From positions 83,824,001 through 83,888,000 of the forward strand of contig OZ024744.1 of the NCBI GenBank assembly GCA_964016885.1: 64,000 bases of DNA, read 5' to 3'. The translations under genes were made by a program, and so were the position numbers. This DNA is from Eledone cirrhosa (taxonomy: Eukaryota). The notes below the pieces were generated by a model. It ran no database searches, was not told the DNA's origin, and was given only the letters and a program-made list of their open reading frames with translations. Below are positions 1 to 12,746 of the stretch, one piece after another (the stretch's first letter is position 1; each line of letters begins with the position of its first letter).

Positions 1-404
1 AAATATGGGGCGGGGGCACAGTACAAAGACAATGGAGGAAGTAAGGAAAAGACAGACAGTCACATCTCCTCAGTTAACCTCTGGAAATCATTACGGTTTC
101 GTTGCATTAAGTTTGTTATCGTTCATTCTAGTGTATATTGTGACATAACAAAACAAGGAGAGACGAGTTATGCCTTTCGGCGAATTACACAAATATAGAT
201 AAATATCTATCCCGAGTGCGTCAACTGACTCAGAAGAGAGAGAATGGTGCACGAATGCTCAGCCAATGGAAAGAAATATAGAAAGGAGGGATATAGTAAA
301 ACAGAAATGAATGAAAAGGACTCTACTATTGTCTAAATTGCAGTCAAAGAAGAATGACACCGAGACGTTGAAAATGTAAAACGACAGACTGGGTTGTGTG
401 ATGT

Positions 405-541
<137 letters not shown>

Positions 542-554
542 TAATAATAAAAAT

Positions 555-990
555 AATGGTTTTTACTATAGGCACTAGACCAACAATTAGGCGGAGAGAG
601 GAAAGTCGATTGATTATTCATGTGTTTTTTTTCCTTGGAATATGCAACAATGTCTTCACGAGTGGACATTTGATTAAATTCAGATATTATGTATATAAGG
701 ATGAAGGGCAAAGTTAACCTCGGCGGGATTTGAACTTAGAATGGCAAGGGCCGTAACTCTATAGGTCAAAGCATGGCGTCCGACCCTCTACCAATATTGC
801 CAACCAATCCACCCCCTTGTGTAATAATAACGATAATCGTTTCAACTATAGGTACTTGGTCAACAATTTGGTGGAGAGAGGAAAGTCGATTTCTTTTATC
901 GATGCTAACCTCGACAGGATTTGAATTCAGAGCTTAAAGGGCCGTAACTATATAACGTAAAGCATGTTGTCCGATGTTCTGCCAATACAG
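555..990 (-). mobile_element. Two adjacent diverged tRNA-derived SINE copies
   Basis: Contain the family motifs GGATTTGAA(C/T)T(T/C)AGA (B-box reverse complement) and (G)TTAACCTCG, ending in TGCCAA. Confidence 0.75.
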
Positions 991-1189
991 CCAATTCAAA
1001 GTCCTAATAATAATAATAATAACTTTTGTTGATTTTCATATCATTTCTTTCCATCTAGCCGAACATTTTATCTGCTTTTTATTTCTTTTCGTCTTTCCTT
1101 CTTTCTATCTATATCTCCAATTTTATCTTCCGTATTTAGTGTTTTATTTATATAATTTATAATATATATATATTCTCTATTTTTTTCTA

Positions 1190-1515
1190 AGGCGGGTAAA
1201 ATTCCCGAGATCCATGGACGAGTCATTTCCAGCGGTCTCTGTCCCTCATTATCGCTGCCATGTCCTGCGTCTCCAATAGACCAGTGTCTGTCCTTAGGGC
1301 ATCAACATATGTTAACCTTGGTCTTCCTCATCTAGTGTGTCCATGTAGGGGCTCCCAAAGGAGCACTGAGTGCAATGTCAACTCTGGATGTCGGTGAGCA
1401 TGTCCAGCCAACGTCAGTCTCCTCTGTGTCACTCTTGAGCTGACTCTTGGGATGCTCCCATACAGCTGTGAGTTTTTCATCCTCAGTGTATACTGATTAA
1501 TGTTCAGAGCCATCC
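1190..1515 (-). mobile_element. RTE-like LINE 3' fragment
   Basis: Peptide [15 protein letters not shown]...LLWEP is a typical RTE C-terminus. Homologous to 13362-13623. Confidence 0.75.
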
Positions 1516-1716
1516 TCAGTATAATATATATATATATATATATATATTATCCTCCTGTGCCTCCCCCATCTTGTCCTTTGGGGCAAGCAACATCGCACTC
1601 CAATAGAATGAGCTGTTCCAACATGGAGTACAGTGTGTGTGTGTACGTGTGTCTGTGTGTGCACGTGTGCATGTGTGTATGTGTGTGTATGTGTGTGTGC
1701 GTTTGTGTGTGTGTTT

Positions 1717-1785
<69 letters not shown>

Positions 1786-1879
1786 AATATCAAGTGATTA
1801 GACGCCGGTGGTGGAATTTGAAAATTAAATTGAATTACCAAATTCACCATATTTTATACTACAAAAAATAGTCCAATAA

Positions 1880-2255
1880 AGGTTTCTGATTTAGGAACAA
1901 GGCTAACCTAAATGAGAGGGTGGGGTGGAAGTCGATTAAATCGACCCCAGTGAATTACTGGTACTTTATTTTATCGACCACGTAAGGCTGATATACAAAG
2001 CTAACTTCGGTGCGATTTGAACTCAGAAGTAAAGAGCCGTAACTCTGTGCCGTATAGAATATTATCCGAGGCTCCACCTATACTACCAATCCATAGCCCT
2101 AGAATATAGTTTAATAATTGTTTCTACTTTTGGCACAAGGCCAGCAATTATCCAGTGTATTACTGGTACTTTATTTTATCGACTCCGTAAGGATGAAAGG
2201 CAAGGTTAACCTCGGCGGGATTTGAACTCAGAATGGCAAGGGCCGTAACTCTATG
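1880..2255 (-). mobile_element. Two tRNA-derived SINE copies (long and short subtype)
   Basis: Shared core ACTGGTACTTTATTTTATCGAC...AAGG...TTTGAACTCAGA in both copies. Confidence 0.8.
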
Positions 2256-2498
2256 CGTCGTTTAATAATAGTTTCTGATTTAGGCACAAAGCCAAAGAAA
2301 TGAACATCACACGGCAAGGTAATGAAAACCAGATCTCTGATTTTCGAGATAAGTGTGTTAGCTCCTTATACCAACTTACCCACCCGTTTTTCTTTGCTAA
2401 ATTTAGAAACTTCAATCTAAGTAGTGATACACCCACACACACACCCCCCCACACACACACATATATATATACATATATATATATACATATATATATAC

Positions 2499-2532
<34 letters not shown>

Positions 2533-2578
2533 TGTGTGTCTATGTATATATATATTGATATAGATATATATGTATGTG

Positions 2579-2609
<31 letters not shown>

Positions 2610-2643
2610 CTATCTATCTATCTATCTATCTATCTATATATAT

Positions 2644-2821
2644 AATTGTTTCTACTTTAGGCACAAGGCCAGCAATTACCCAATGCATTACTGGTACTTT
2701 ATTTTATCGACCCCGTAAGGATGAAAGGCAAAGTCAACCTCGGCGGGATTTGAACTCAGATCGTAAAGGGACGTAACTATGCTGGAAAGCATGGCGTCAG
2801 ACCCTCTACCGATACTGCCAA
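2644..2821 (-). mobile_element. Full-length tRNA-derived SINE (~180 bp)
   Basis: Sense strand has an A-box-like head TGGCAGTATCGGTAGAG, B-box GAGTTCAAATCCC and central GCCTTTCATCCTTACGGGGTCGATAAAATAAAGTACCAG. The central part resembles the Meta-SINE domain (from memory, unverified). Confidence 0.9.
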
Positions 2822-2898
2822 TATATAATAGTAGAACACTGGTGTGTTATATCCGTAGTAGTAGAACACTCAATACATGGGAGTTAATTCACCATTTC

Positions 2899-2937
2899 CG
2901 AAAACAATTGTTTCACCTTATTTGGATCATCAGCTCG
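2899..2937 (-). ncRNA. Minimal type I hammerhead ribozyme (PLE-associated)
   Basis: Minus strand reads cgag-CTGATGA-tcc aaataa ggt-GAAA-caattg-TT-ttcg, with palindromic stem III. Confidence 0.7.
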
Positions 2938-3395
2938 ATTTAAATGACATTGTAAAAAACAATTGTGCGAATACGCATGTACGCATGTGCCGGGTTCAGT
3001 AGTCTACAAGTGGGATTAGAAGCAAAGTCTATCTTGTGATCTTTAAGTGTGAGAAAGGCCCCCTTCTTATCTAAATATTGGAGTTTCTTATCTACCTTAT
3101 GGGTGGAAGTTGGGCTTCCATATTGATGTCATGGTAGGCCGTTTTTATACTTAGAAATTATAGCGTGCCAAGTGGCTGTATGTAGTATTAATGACTTTAT
3201 AAATGTTATTAGTTTTATGAGAAAGGAAGAAAGTATTAGTGGAAGACCTAAATGTTCAGACTAACTAACATGAATAATCTATTACATTTTGGACTGAATA
3301 ACATGAATATTGTATTATTATTATGAGTTTCCAGAGTCAGTTCCGATCTAACGTGGATTACCTCCCCTTTTGGGAAGTGACTGTCTTTGCATATG

Positions 3396-5056
3396 TACTT
3401 TACTTGTACTTGTACTTGTGTCGACATTCACCCTGGACGGGTTGAGCCGGCGTCTTCCCTTGTCCTGATGGCATCCCGAACCATGGCAGCCCACGCACGA
3501 CGGTCCCGGGCTAGGTCACTGGAGATAGCGAGCCAGTCATTGTTCCATCGGCGCAGGCCGACTACCTGCGGACCTGAGAGTTCGGAGAGGTCCTCCTTGA
3601 TCGTCGTTGCCCAGGTCTTCAGCTGCCCGCCAACGCGCTTGCGCCAGCTAGGGAGTGGAGGTGGGAGGAGAACATCACGAATCAGCTCACCCTCAGGGCG
3701 CCGGGCTGCGTGACCAAACCATCTCAAACGCTGTTGCAGAAGCACTGAAGGGAGGGTCGAAGATTCAGGCGAAGACGACGTCTGGTGGTAGGTACCCGAT
3801 CAACGTGTCGGCAGCGAAGAATGTGGTGGAGACAGTCATTGTCGAAGACCTCCAGCCCTCATCGATCGACTACCCTCATAGGCCATGTTTCACAGACATA
3901 GAGGAGGATAGTGCAAACGACGGCCTGGTAGATTCGCCCTTTGGTCGCCGAGGTGATCTCTCTTCTGCTCCACAGACACCGCTGGAGGCCCCCAAAAGCG
4001 GATCTGGCAGCACCTATGCGACGCTTGACCTCAGCTGCGCCCTGTCCCGTTGGAACCACTGTTGAACCCAGGTAAACGAAGCACTCCACATCCCCCTGGT
4101 CCACCCCCTCGAGAGATATTGGCTGCCAGGGATCAGGCGAGACCAGTGACGACATGACCTTCGAATTGGCGGCATTGAATCGTAGACCAACAGCAGCGGC
4201 TGCAGTGTGCACCCTCTCGAGCACCCATCACATGTGTCCCGTTAGCGCCCATGAGCACGTGTCATCCGCGTAGGCCAGGTCCGTCACCACGATCCCTCTC
4301 CCGACCTCTACGCCCGGGTAATCCCGGAGCGCTGTGTTGAGAGTATAGTCAATGGCGTAGTTAAAGAGAGTTGGCGATAGCGCACCCCCTGCCGAACACC
4401 GGTCTCAACATCAAACGACTCCGTCTCCCCACCATAGACCCTCACTCGAGCCCGACTCGACCAACATCGGGAAGTCGAACTTCTGAAAGGCAACCGACAC
4501 TAACGCAGTACCTGTGCAGAGCCTTCATTGTAAGTGCCTGGACACCGACGTCACGAAGTGTTCGGACGTTCCAGCACGCTACCCTCAATTCCTTCCTTCG
4601 TCTGAAGAGCGGGACTACTGCGGGAGTAGTCTGTAGAGCCATAACGGTAGCAGCGCTGTTGCTTTGCATTGCGTTCGTAGCAGGAAGGCAATTCGTACTC
4701 ATAGTTCGTATTTGTAGGATTCATGGAAGAAGTATCATGGGAGTAGTGAATTCACAAGCGGTCCCCAAAAAACCCGCATGTATATCCCGAACGAGGGGAA
4801 AAAACGTCCTGATCGCCGCAGATTCTCCACAGACGCAGGGACAGAAACGACCCGAAGCCGCCGGTTACCGGGGCAGACACCTCTTGGATTTTCACGAGAG
4901 CCCCTTTTGCCGGGTTGCGGCCCTAATACCGCTGGGTGCCAGACCAATCAGCCTTGGGTTGCCCTACCAGGAACCGAAGTTCCCGACGGCATAGCTCTGA
5001 CACTACCCGTTGCCACCGCCTTGTCACGTTGAGGAGGGGTTGGACTTTAGGTTGGC
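3396..5056 (-). mobile_element. Internally deleted RTE-clade LINE
   Basis: 5'UTR and endonuclease start (LRVACWNVRTL, CLSEVRLP) are joined directly to RT (GVRQG, DLAYADD) and C-terminus (RLRWFGH). (ACAAGT)n tail. Imperfect TSD tctttgcatatg/tctctccatatg. Confidence 0.88.
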
Positions 5057-5201
5057 TCTCTCCATATGCATATTCGTACAATTGTTTTTCCTTTTACGTA
5101 CAATATTATTTAAACCGAACTGATGATCCGTATAAAATGAAGCAATTGTTCTCAGAAATGGTGAATTAACTGTTGTGGAACTACTTCTATATATATATAT
5201 A

Positions 5202-5321
<120 letters not shown>

Positions 5322-5326
5322 TGTGC

Positions 5327-5360
<34 letters not shown>

Positions 5361-5572
5361 ATAGAACAATAAAAACAGAAGTCAGGTAAAGGTAGATAAT
5401 TAGTGCAATTTTTTAAAGATCGCTTCAGAGGGTCGGTTGACCGATGGAGATCGATGTTTCGACTAGCTTCGTAGTGGTTAAATCTCGATAAGCCTGTTCA
5501 ATCGGCCGTCCTCAGAAACACTAAACTGGTTTTATTTGCTAAATATATATATATATTAAAATAACAGATTAA

Positions 5573-5623
5573 AGTTTAAGCAAAGAATCGCTGCTTTCAC
5601 CCTTAACGGGATCTTCTGGAACT
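5573..5623 (-). ncRNA. Hammerhead-like motif with variant core CAGAAGA
   Basis: agttc-CAGAAGA-tccc gttaa gggt-GAAA-gca...tgc-TT-aaact. Copies at 9109-9159 and 56427-56477. Confidence 0.5.
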
Positions 5624-5832
5624 AAAAAAATCAATCTGTGAACGCAGAAGTAAATATTTCGAAAAATGTTGCAACCGAAGGAAAACAGGAAGACGATACT
5701 TTGGTTCGTGAAGACGTTCCCTAGCAATGAACAGCAAAAAGCGAACATAATACCTCGTTCTGTGGAGCGGTGAGAACAAATACAGGCAAAGACCAAACCA
5801 CGTTTATCGCATAAATAGAGTCATTAGACTAA

Positions 5833-6317
5833 CTAGCAGAAAAACCACCCTTTGGGTGGTTTTCTGCTAGCTTGTGTAGTGTGTATATTGATATTATACG
5901 CAGGTATATATACATGTAGATATGATACATCAAATAAAATCGTAATTGACAATATATAATACATAGAAATTGAACGAAGACTGCGTTAAACTGTCTTATT
6001 TAATCAGTAACGTAATCCATGATACATTAAAAAAGACGATATTATATATACACTGCATTAGGAGAAAATTAATGACAGAAAATTAGAATGTTCATTTAAG
6101 CGATGGCCAACCGGAAGTGTTGACATTTCAGAAATTTTAACGAAGTGAATCTTTAAATAAACAAAATATATTTAATCAACAGCCACGAAATTTAGTAGAT
6201 AAATTATGTAATATTCACTCATTATTTATTCAAAGTAATCCAACTTATTTTACAAAGGGTTAAAAAAATATATATTCTGGACGCAGTCCCGCACTTCTTA
6301 TTTTATTATAATTTAGA
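5833..6317 (-). mobile_element. Non-autonomous Helitron
   Basis: Minus strand A|TC...hairpin ACCACCCAAAGGGTGGT...CTAG|T with no TSD. Removing it restores the uninterrupted sequence seen at 56826-56850. Confidence 0.85.
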
Positions 6318-8159
6318 TATTCTATTTAGGAAACCGAATGATTCTCAGCTTCAGAGTTAAGAATAATATAAATAAATTAGTAGAACGAAAATGACAGAGG
6401 TTATTAAAATCAATAATAATTAAATATATATACATATACGCAACTATATACGTACATAGACGTGCATACGCGGAAACACCCGCCATGCATGCACGTACAC
6501 ATACATAAACCCGCGCGATACATGTACCCGCGCAATACATGTACCCGCACACATACAAACGTATACACCAAATACACATTAAAAATATATACATGTGTGT
6601 ATACATATAATTATATAAACGTATATAAATATACACACATAAATACGCATATAACACGCATTTCTCTTAGGTCAGTATTGTTTGTTTGGGTGTTGTATCC
6701 TCTGTTCATCTTATGCTATAGACTACGTTTCTAGTTTTACAGTTTATCCGGGGGTTTACTTTACATATAATACATTTCCTATTAGTACATTTCTATGTCA
6801 TTTCTATGTGTAGATATTATTTTAATTTCTATGTTGTCTATGTTACCGTCATGTTGTTGTCTGGCGTGTTCGTAAAGTACTGAACCGGCTTTTCGTCCTT
6901 TTAGTTCCCCCCGGTGTTAATCTATCCTTTCTCATATGCTACGAGCTGTCTCGCCTTTGTATATTGTTGTCATGTTTCTGGAAGTACCCTCTGTATATCT
7001 TATGCTATAGACTACGTATCTAGTTTTACAGTCTTTCTGGGGGTTTACTTTACATATCACACATTTCCTATTAGTGCAGTGGGTTTTCTTAAAAGGGTAT
7101 GTTTTGCTGATCAGGGATTTTATGGTGGTTCCTGGCTTTTCTACCACCTTAATCTTTAAGTGGGTCTTTCTCAGGCCTTTCTACACTGGTTAGCTAATTT
7201 CCCTCCAGGGGTAGCGTGCACGAACATGACATTCTGATATCTCGAGTTGTCATACCATGAGGTGGGTTTCCCTATCTTATGTTTAGTCCTATCTAAGCTA
7301 TTCCATGATTTGCTCCTGTATAATGGACAAATTCCTTTCATGTCCAGTTCTATGATGGTCTTATACTTCTCGGTGGCTCCTTTGTATATTCTGATTCTGT
7401 CTCTTTGGTTGTAGCCAGAGAACTGCATGCGGTTGATGAAGTGTTGGATGTGTCTTTCCATTTCTGTTGGGTCGCACATGCGGGACACGTTCTTCATCAC
7501 TCGTACCAAGTCTGCGATCAGAATATTAAACTTAGCACTACCGGACATTGCTGAGTTTTTGAGCATCAGGTATTTGGAGGCCATGGGTTTAGCGTAGTGT
7601 GAGTGGAGAATTTCGGCTCTCTCGTCTATAGTGTTAATCCAGAGTTCCGTGTCTAATACAGGTAGTCTATTGTTAGGGTGTTTGGAAGGGTAGTCGATAG
7701 TTACAGTTATACTCTGGTGTATGGAATTAGCTATCTGCTGGATGCTTTCCATTGTGCTACATTCTAAGTCATACTTGTTAGTACTCTTTTGTCGGGTTGT
7801 CCTTATTACTATATCAATGTCGTCTACGTAACGAGAGTACATGATGAGGTCTATGGAGCTCTCATCAAGGAGATCTTTGAGTCTCCTTTCCCACCATACC
7901 ATAAATATATATATATATATTATTAGAAAGTGAACAACGCAATATATAACTACTCTATTACCAAAGGTTTCATCAGACAAAGATGTTAACATCTCTGTCT
8001 GATGAACGATCTAGACGTATTTTAATATTGTCTAGGGCCCTGAAACCTTTGGTAATGGAGTAGTTATATTTTGTGTTGTTCACTCTCTAATTAAATATCT
8101 CTGTTCTATACATAGGGCACTCTTTTTTCCTTTGCTTTTTCTTCGGAATTACCTAATAC

Positions 8160-8204
<45 letters not shown>

Positions 8205-8289
8205 GTTTGTTGAAACAGATTTTGGGAGGTTTATGAAATACATACACCAGTTGAGTTTCACTTCAATTTCTTATTATTAGTTAAGTAAT

Positions 8290-8471
8290 AATTGTTTCTT
8301 CTTTAGGCACAAGGCCAGCAATTATCCAGTACATTACTGGTACTTTATTTTATCGACCCTGTAAGGATGGATGAAAGGCAAAGTTAACCTCGGCGGGATT
8401 TGAGCTCAGACTGTAAAGGGACGTAACTATGCTAGAAAGCATGGCGTCCGACTCTCTACCGATACTGCCAA
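8290..8471 (-). mobile_element. Full-length tRNA-derived SINE
   Basis: Closely similar to 2644-2821. Confidence 0.9.
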
Positions 8472-9108
8472 TCGGTAAAAATTTCTAAGTTCTATCCGTA
8501 ACTCTTTTTAAAACCCAGAATTAGTCGTTTATTTTAGATATTGAAACCCCAACACATACTATTTGTTTTATAAAATATGGGATTTTTTGTAACGCACTTT
8601 TTTGTCGTGTGTAATGCTTTCTAATGTATAAAGAAAATTGATTCTTGCATGAATGCTACCACTTAAAATAAGAATTGGCCGCTGATAAATTAACAAAATT
8701 TAATAGATGCGAGGGGGAAATCTAAGCAAATTTAAATCGCGTGGGGCGATGGAGGGGGTGGGACGATTATTCTAGACCCGAGAGTAGTTTAATGACCGAA
8801 TTGTTCATTCAGTTTTTATTAGTCAATTAATAACTAAACAACATCTGGGTTATTAAACTAACCGAAAAATAGTTACTTAGCCAATAACAATAAATAAAGC
8901 AAAAATCGCATGGTGCGTGCGTTTTAATATACATTTTTAATTATTGTGTGTCTACCCTGTCTTACATAGATTATAGATTCCATACACTGGTGGTTTTTCC
9001 CTGTTTTATTGATGGCGCACTATCTCTCTCTAGTGTGTTACCTTTTCAACATATTGTATTATATATATATATTTTTTTTTTTTTATATTTATTAAAATAA
9101 CAGATTAA

Positions 9109-9159
9109 AGTTTAAGCAAAGAATCGCTGCTTTCACCCTTAACGGGATCTTCTGAAACT
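9109..9159 (-). ncRNA. Hammerhead-like motif with variant core CAGAAGA
   Basis: Stem I agttt/aaact, stem II ccc/ggg, stem III gca/tgc plus A-U, triplet CUU. Confidence 0.55.
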
Positions 9160-9494
9160 AACAAAGTGAATCTGTAAACGCAGAACTGGATATATATATA
9201 TATATTATTGTGCGTGTGTCTGTACAGCCGATGGGTATATAATTAAGAATACTATATATTCCCAGCAGTTCCACCGGGCAGCAGTGACGAGAAAACACAA
9301 TCTTGTTAACGAGCAAAAACTCCGAAATAATTGTTGGTTGTTTTCTCGCAGCTGCAACTGAAACAAAAGGATGGTTATCTAACACATGGAGTTTATGAGG
9401 CCGTTTCCTTGCAAACAAACCGAATATTAATAATACTATGATATTATTGTATTATTATTATTATTATTATTCACTGACGAATACACACACACAC

Positions 9495-9541
<47 letters not shown>

Positions 9542-9778
9542 TAAATTGTTGAGTGCTTTATATCAGTTATAACAATTTTTAAGCTTGTTGAATCCCAATA
9601 AATTAAATATAACCTCTGCATATATATATATATATGTGTGTATATCAGTAAAAATCCAAGGTCATGCTGATTTAGTCCGAACATTCTAACGATAAGGTCT
9701 GGTTTCTTGGGTATGTCCCCATTTATAAAACAAATTTATCTGATGAGAGCGTACCAACATTTTGGTACCCTTGAAATA

Positions 9779-10435
9779 CCTATATATATATATAAAACTG
9801 GGGATGTCTGTCTCTGTGTGTGTATGTCTGTGAGTTTGAATCCCTAAAACTGTGAATTACCCAATCGATTTTTTTCAAATTTACATGTGTATTACGTATG
9901 TTTCAGGGAGTGTTATGCACATTAAAAAAATTCAACTTTTTGATCATCTAGTTGATCATCGAACATTAGATGAAAAACTGCGTTTTTTTTTCAGCTTTTT
10001 ATGGCTTTTCTGAGGCGTTACGTCAGACCGATTTCCTTGAAATTGTAACTATGTATTAGTCAGTCTCTTGTTCATACCGTGAGCAAAGAAAATCCAACTT
10101 TTTTATGGCCCAGGGTCCGAAAATCCAACTTGTTTATGGCCTAGCTGATTTTACCGAAATTTCAAGGCACAGTAAAAATTCATTTTCTTGATCCCCTATT
10201 GATGGCATAGTATCTCTCTCTAGTATGTTACCTTTTCAACATATTTGTATTGCAGGGGAAAACCTGCATTTTTCCTGCTTCAATGAGGAAAGTCTTAAAG
10301 ATTATCCAGCATCAGAGTATTCGGTTTATTTTCTTTACAAATTGTCTAGGCATGCAGTTTTTTCCACGATTAGGTCTATTGGCGGTCCGCGTTTCAAAAT
10401 AAATTATCCAGTGCAACGCCGGGTACCACTGCTAG
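9779..10435 (+). mobile_element. Non-autonomous Helitron inserted into a hammerhead motif
   Basis: Starts A|cCTATATATATATATAAAA...ATGTCTGTCTCTGTG (TC mutated to CC). Ends with GC hairpin CCAGTGCAACGCCGG then CTAG|T. A related fragment lies at ~9005-9060. Confidence 0.72.
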
Positions 10436-10554
10436 TAGTTTAATAAAATAAATATGGTTTTATAAATATAGTTTCCATTTATTAATATCATCGATATATA
10501 TATATATATAATTCGTTTTTGAATTTGTTTTGCGAGATTTCTTATCTGAAAACG

Positions 10555-12179
10555 TGTGTTGAATCATATATTGTTATACTTTGTGAGGGTCATGTGCCAA
10601 TAAAAACGCACGCACCTGTTGGGTTTCACTTCATTTTATTATAAATTTCCAGTTGGTTCCATAACCGGAAGGTTGTTTATATATTGTCAAAGCTCTTTCA
10701 TCACACATTCTGTGACTAGGTTTTTTATTTTGTGTGTCTCTCTTTTATTCTATCTTGTTTTTGTGTCTTGGGTGTTGTGTATTTAGTTTGCGCATGTGTT
10801 ACATCCGTGTGTGTGTGTGTGTGTGTGTTTATATATTTATTCATTTATTTGTTTATTTATTGTTCTATCTGTATGTGTCTGATTTGTTTTGTTAGTTTGG
10901 GTTTTGTGTGTGTCTGTATGTCTTCATTTTGTTCTTAGTTACTGGCTGTGATGTTATTATTCCACTCATGTTTTCTGTTTAATTTTGGTTGGAGTTCGTC
11001 TATATTTGCCGCCTCTGTGACTTGTATGTGCATTGCACCTTTTCGTGCGTAGGTATGACTTTTATCTCTGTTATCTAATGTGACGCTATGTTCTATTTTG
11101 GCATGTTGGTGGCGTACTGATGAGTTTTTTTCCATCCTGGAGTTCTCTCCTTTCTCCTATGCTACGGACTGTTTCAGTTATGTATGTTATATTCTTATTC
11201 CTACACTGTCCCTCACTATACTATATACTTTATACTATATACTACGTTCCTAGTTTTGCAGTTAGTTTGCGGGCTATGCATTTCTATGCATTTCCTATCA
11301 GCACAGGGGTATAATTTAAATGGGTGTTATGCTAATTAGGGATTTTATGGGAATACCTGGTCTTTCAACTAACTTAATATTTAATTTGAGTTTGTCTATG
11401 ACCCTTCTAAATCTATAAGTTAGTTCGCCTCTAGGGGTTGTAGTGACGAACATCACACTCTGCTATTTATTGCTATCATACCATGAGTGTATTTTATTTG
11501 CCTTATTCCTAATCCTTTCTATTCTGTTCCAAAATTTGCTCCTATACATGACGCAAGTTCCATTCGCATAATTCGCACAATCTTTGCCTATTTGGTTCTA
11601 GCTCCTTTATATACCCTGATCTTGTTTCTCTGATTGAAGCCAGAGAACTGCATGCGGTGGATGAAGTGTTATATGTGTCTCTCTAATTCCTTGGGTTGCA
11701 CTCTTACTAAGTCCGCAATCAGTGTGTTGATTTTTATGCGGTCCGAAACAGCTGAGCTTCGGTAGATCAGGTATTTGGAGGTCATGTGTTTGGTATAATG
11801 TGAATGGAGGATTTGCTTCTATTAATAATAGTTTCAAAGCAGAGCTCTGTGTCTAGTACAGGTAATCTATGGTTTGGGTGTTTATTTGGGTAGTCTATGG
11901 TAACTTTAATCCTCTGGTGGATGGAGTTAGCTATTTGCTGGATGCTGTCCATGGTGTTCTTCTCTAATACCTAATTGTGCTCCTGTGAGAGTGTTTTACT
12001 AGTCACTGAGGAGGTCACAGAATTTGTGACGAAAGAGCTTTGACAAAATATAAACAACCTTCCGGTTATCGAACCAACCAACCAACTGGACACTTATAAT
12101 ACATTGAAGTGAAAACCGACAGGTGCATGTGTTTCTATTGACAACATGACCACATGAACCTCCCAAAGTATAACAATAT

Positions 12180-12180
<1 letters not shown>
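10555..12180 (-). mobile_element. Degenerate Penelope-like element with ~160-bp inverted termini
   Basis: Interior 10950-11970 is homologous to the 6660-7760 PLE (IANSIH, VTIDYP, LPVLD). 10570-10716 is an imperfect inverted copy of 12014-12180. Confidence 0.75.
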
Positions 12181-12378
<198 letters not shown>

Positions 12379-12418
12379 CGATATTAATAAATGGAAACTA
12401 TATTTATAAAACCATATT

Positions 12419-12483
12419 TATTTCATTATACATATTTCAGGGATACCATATTAAATTATGGTATGCCTTCATCAGACAAAATA
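12419..12483 (-). ncRNA. Type I hammerhead ribozyme (inverted copy)
   Basis: Exact reverse complement of 12682-12746. Confidence 0.8.
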
Positions 12484-12681
12484 CAATATATAACAGTTTT
12501 ACAAATAGCTTTGACGTACCCTTTTAAAATACAACCATTACTTTCGGAGGCTGGCTGGATAGCGAATTGTTTATATTGTTTTAATAAGTCATAGTGTTAA
12601 GCACAATTAGAAAAAGACGGAGATAAAGAAAAAGAAAAAAGACGGGCACGTCAAAGCTATTTGTAAAACTGTTATATATTG

Positions 12682-12746
12682 TATTTTGTCTGATGAAGGC
12701 ATACCATAATTTAATATGGTATCCCTGAAATATGTATAATGAAATA
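12682..12746 (+). ncRNA. Type I hammerhead ribozyme
   Basis: tattttgt-CTGATGA-aggcataccata attta atatggtatccct-GAAA-tatgta-TA-atgaaata. 8-bp stem I with two G-U pairs and a quasi-palindromic stem III. Confidence 0.8.

Larger units (their letters stand above)
5556..7900 (-). mobile_element. 5'-truncated Penelope-like element (RT C-terminus, degenerate GIY-YIG region, 3'UTR) interrupted by a Helitron
   Basis: ORF 7171-7900 has YSRYVDD, LPVLD and HYAKPMASK. Downstream are CxxxxCxxC and VVY...YKGET. The 3'UTR matches 56410-56960. Confidence 0.8.

Noticed and set aside
2644-2821. tRNA gene candidates at SINE heads
   Set aside because: A/B boxes are present, but there is no complete cloverleaf and each head is attached to the SINE body.
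5440-5525. CTGAGGA...GAAA on the minus strand
   Set aside because: Stems I and III cannot be paired convincingly.
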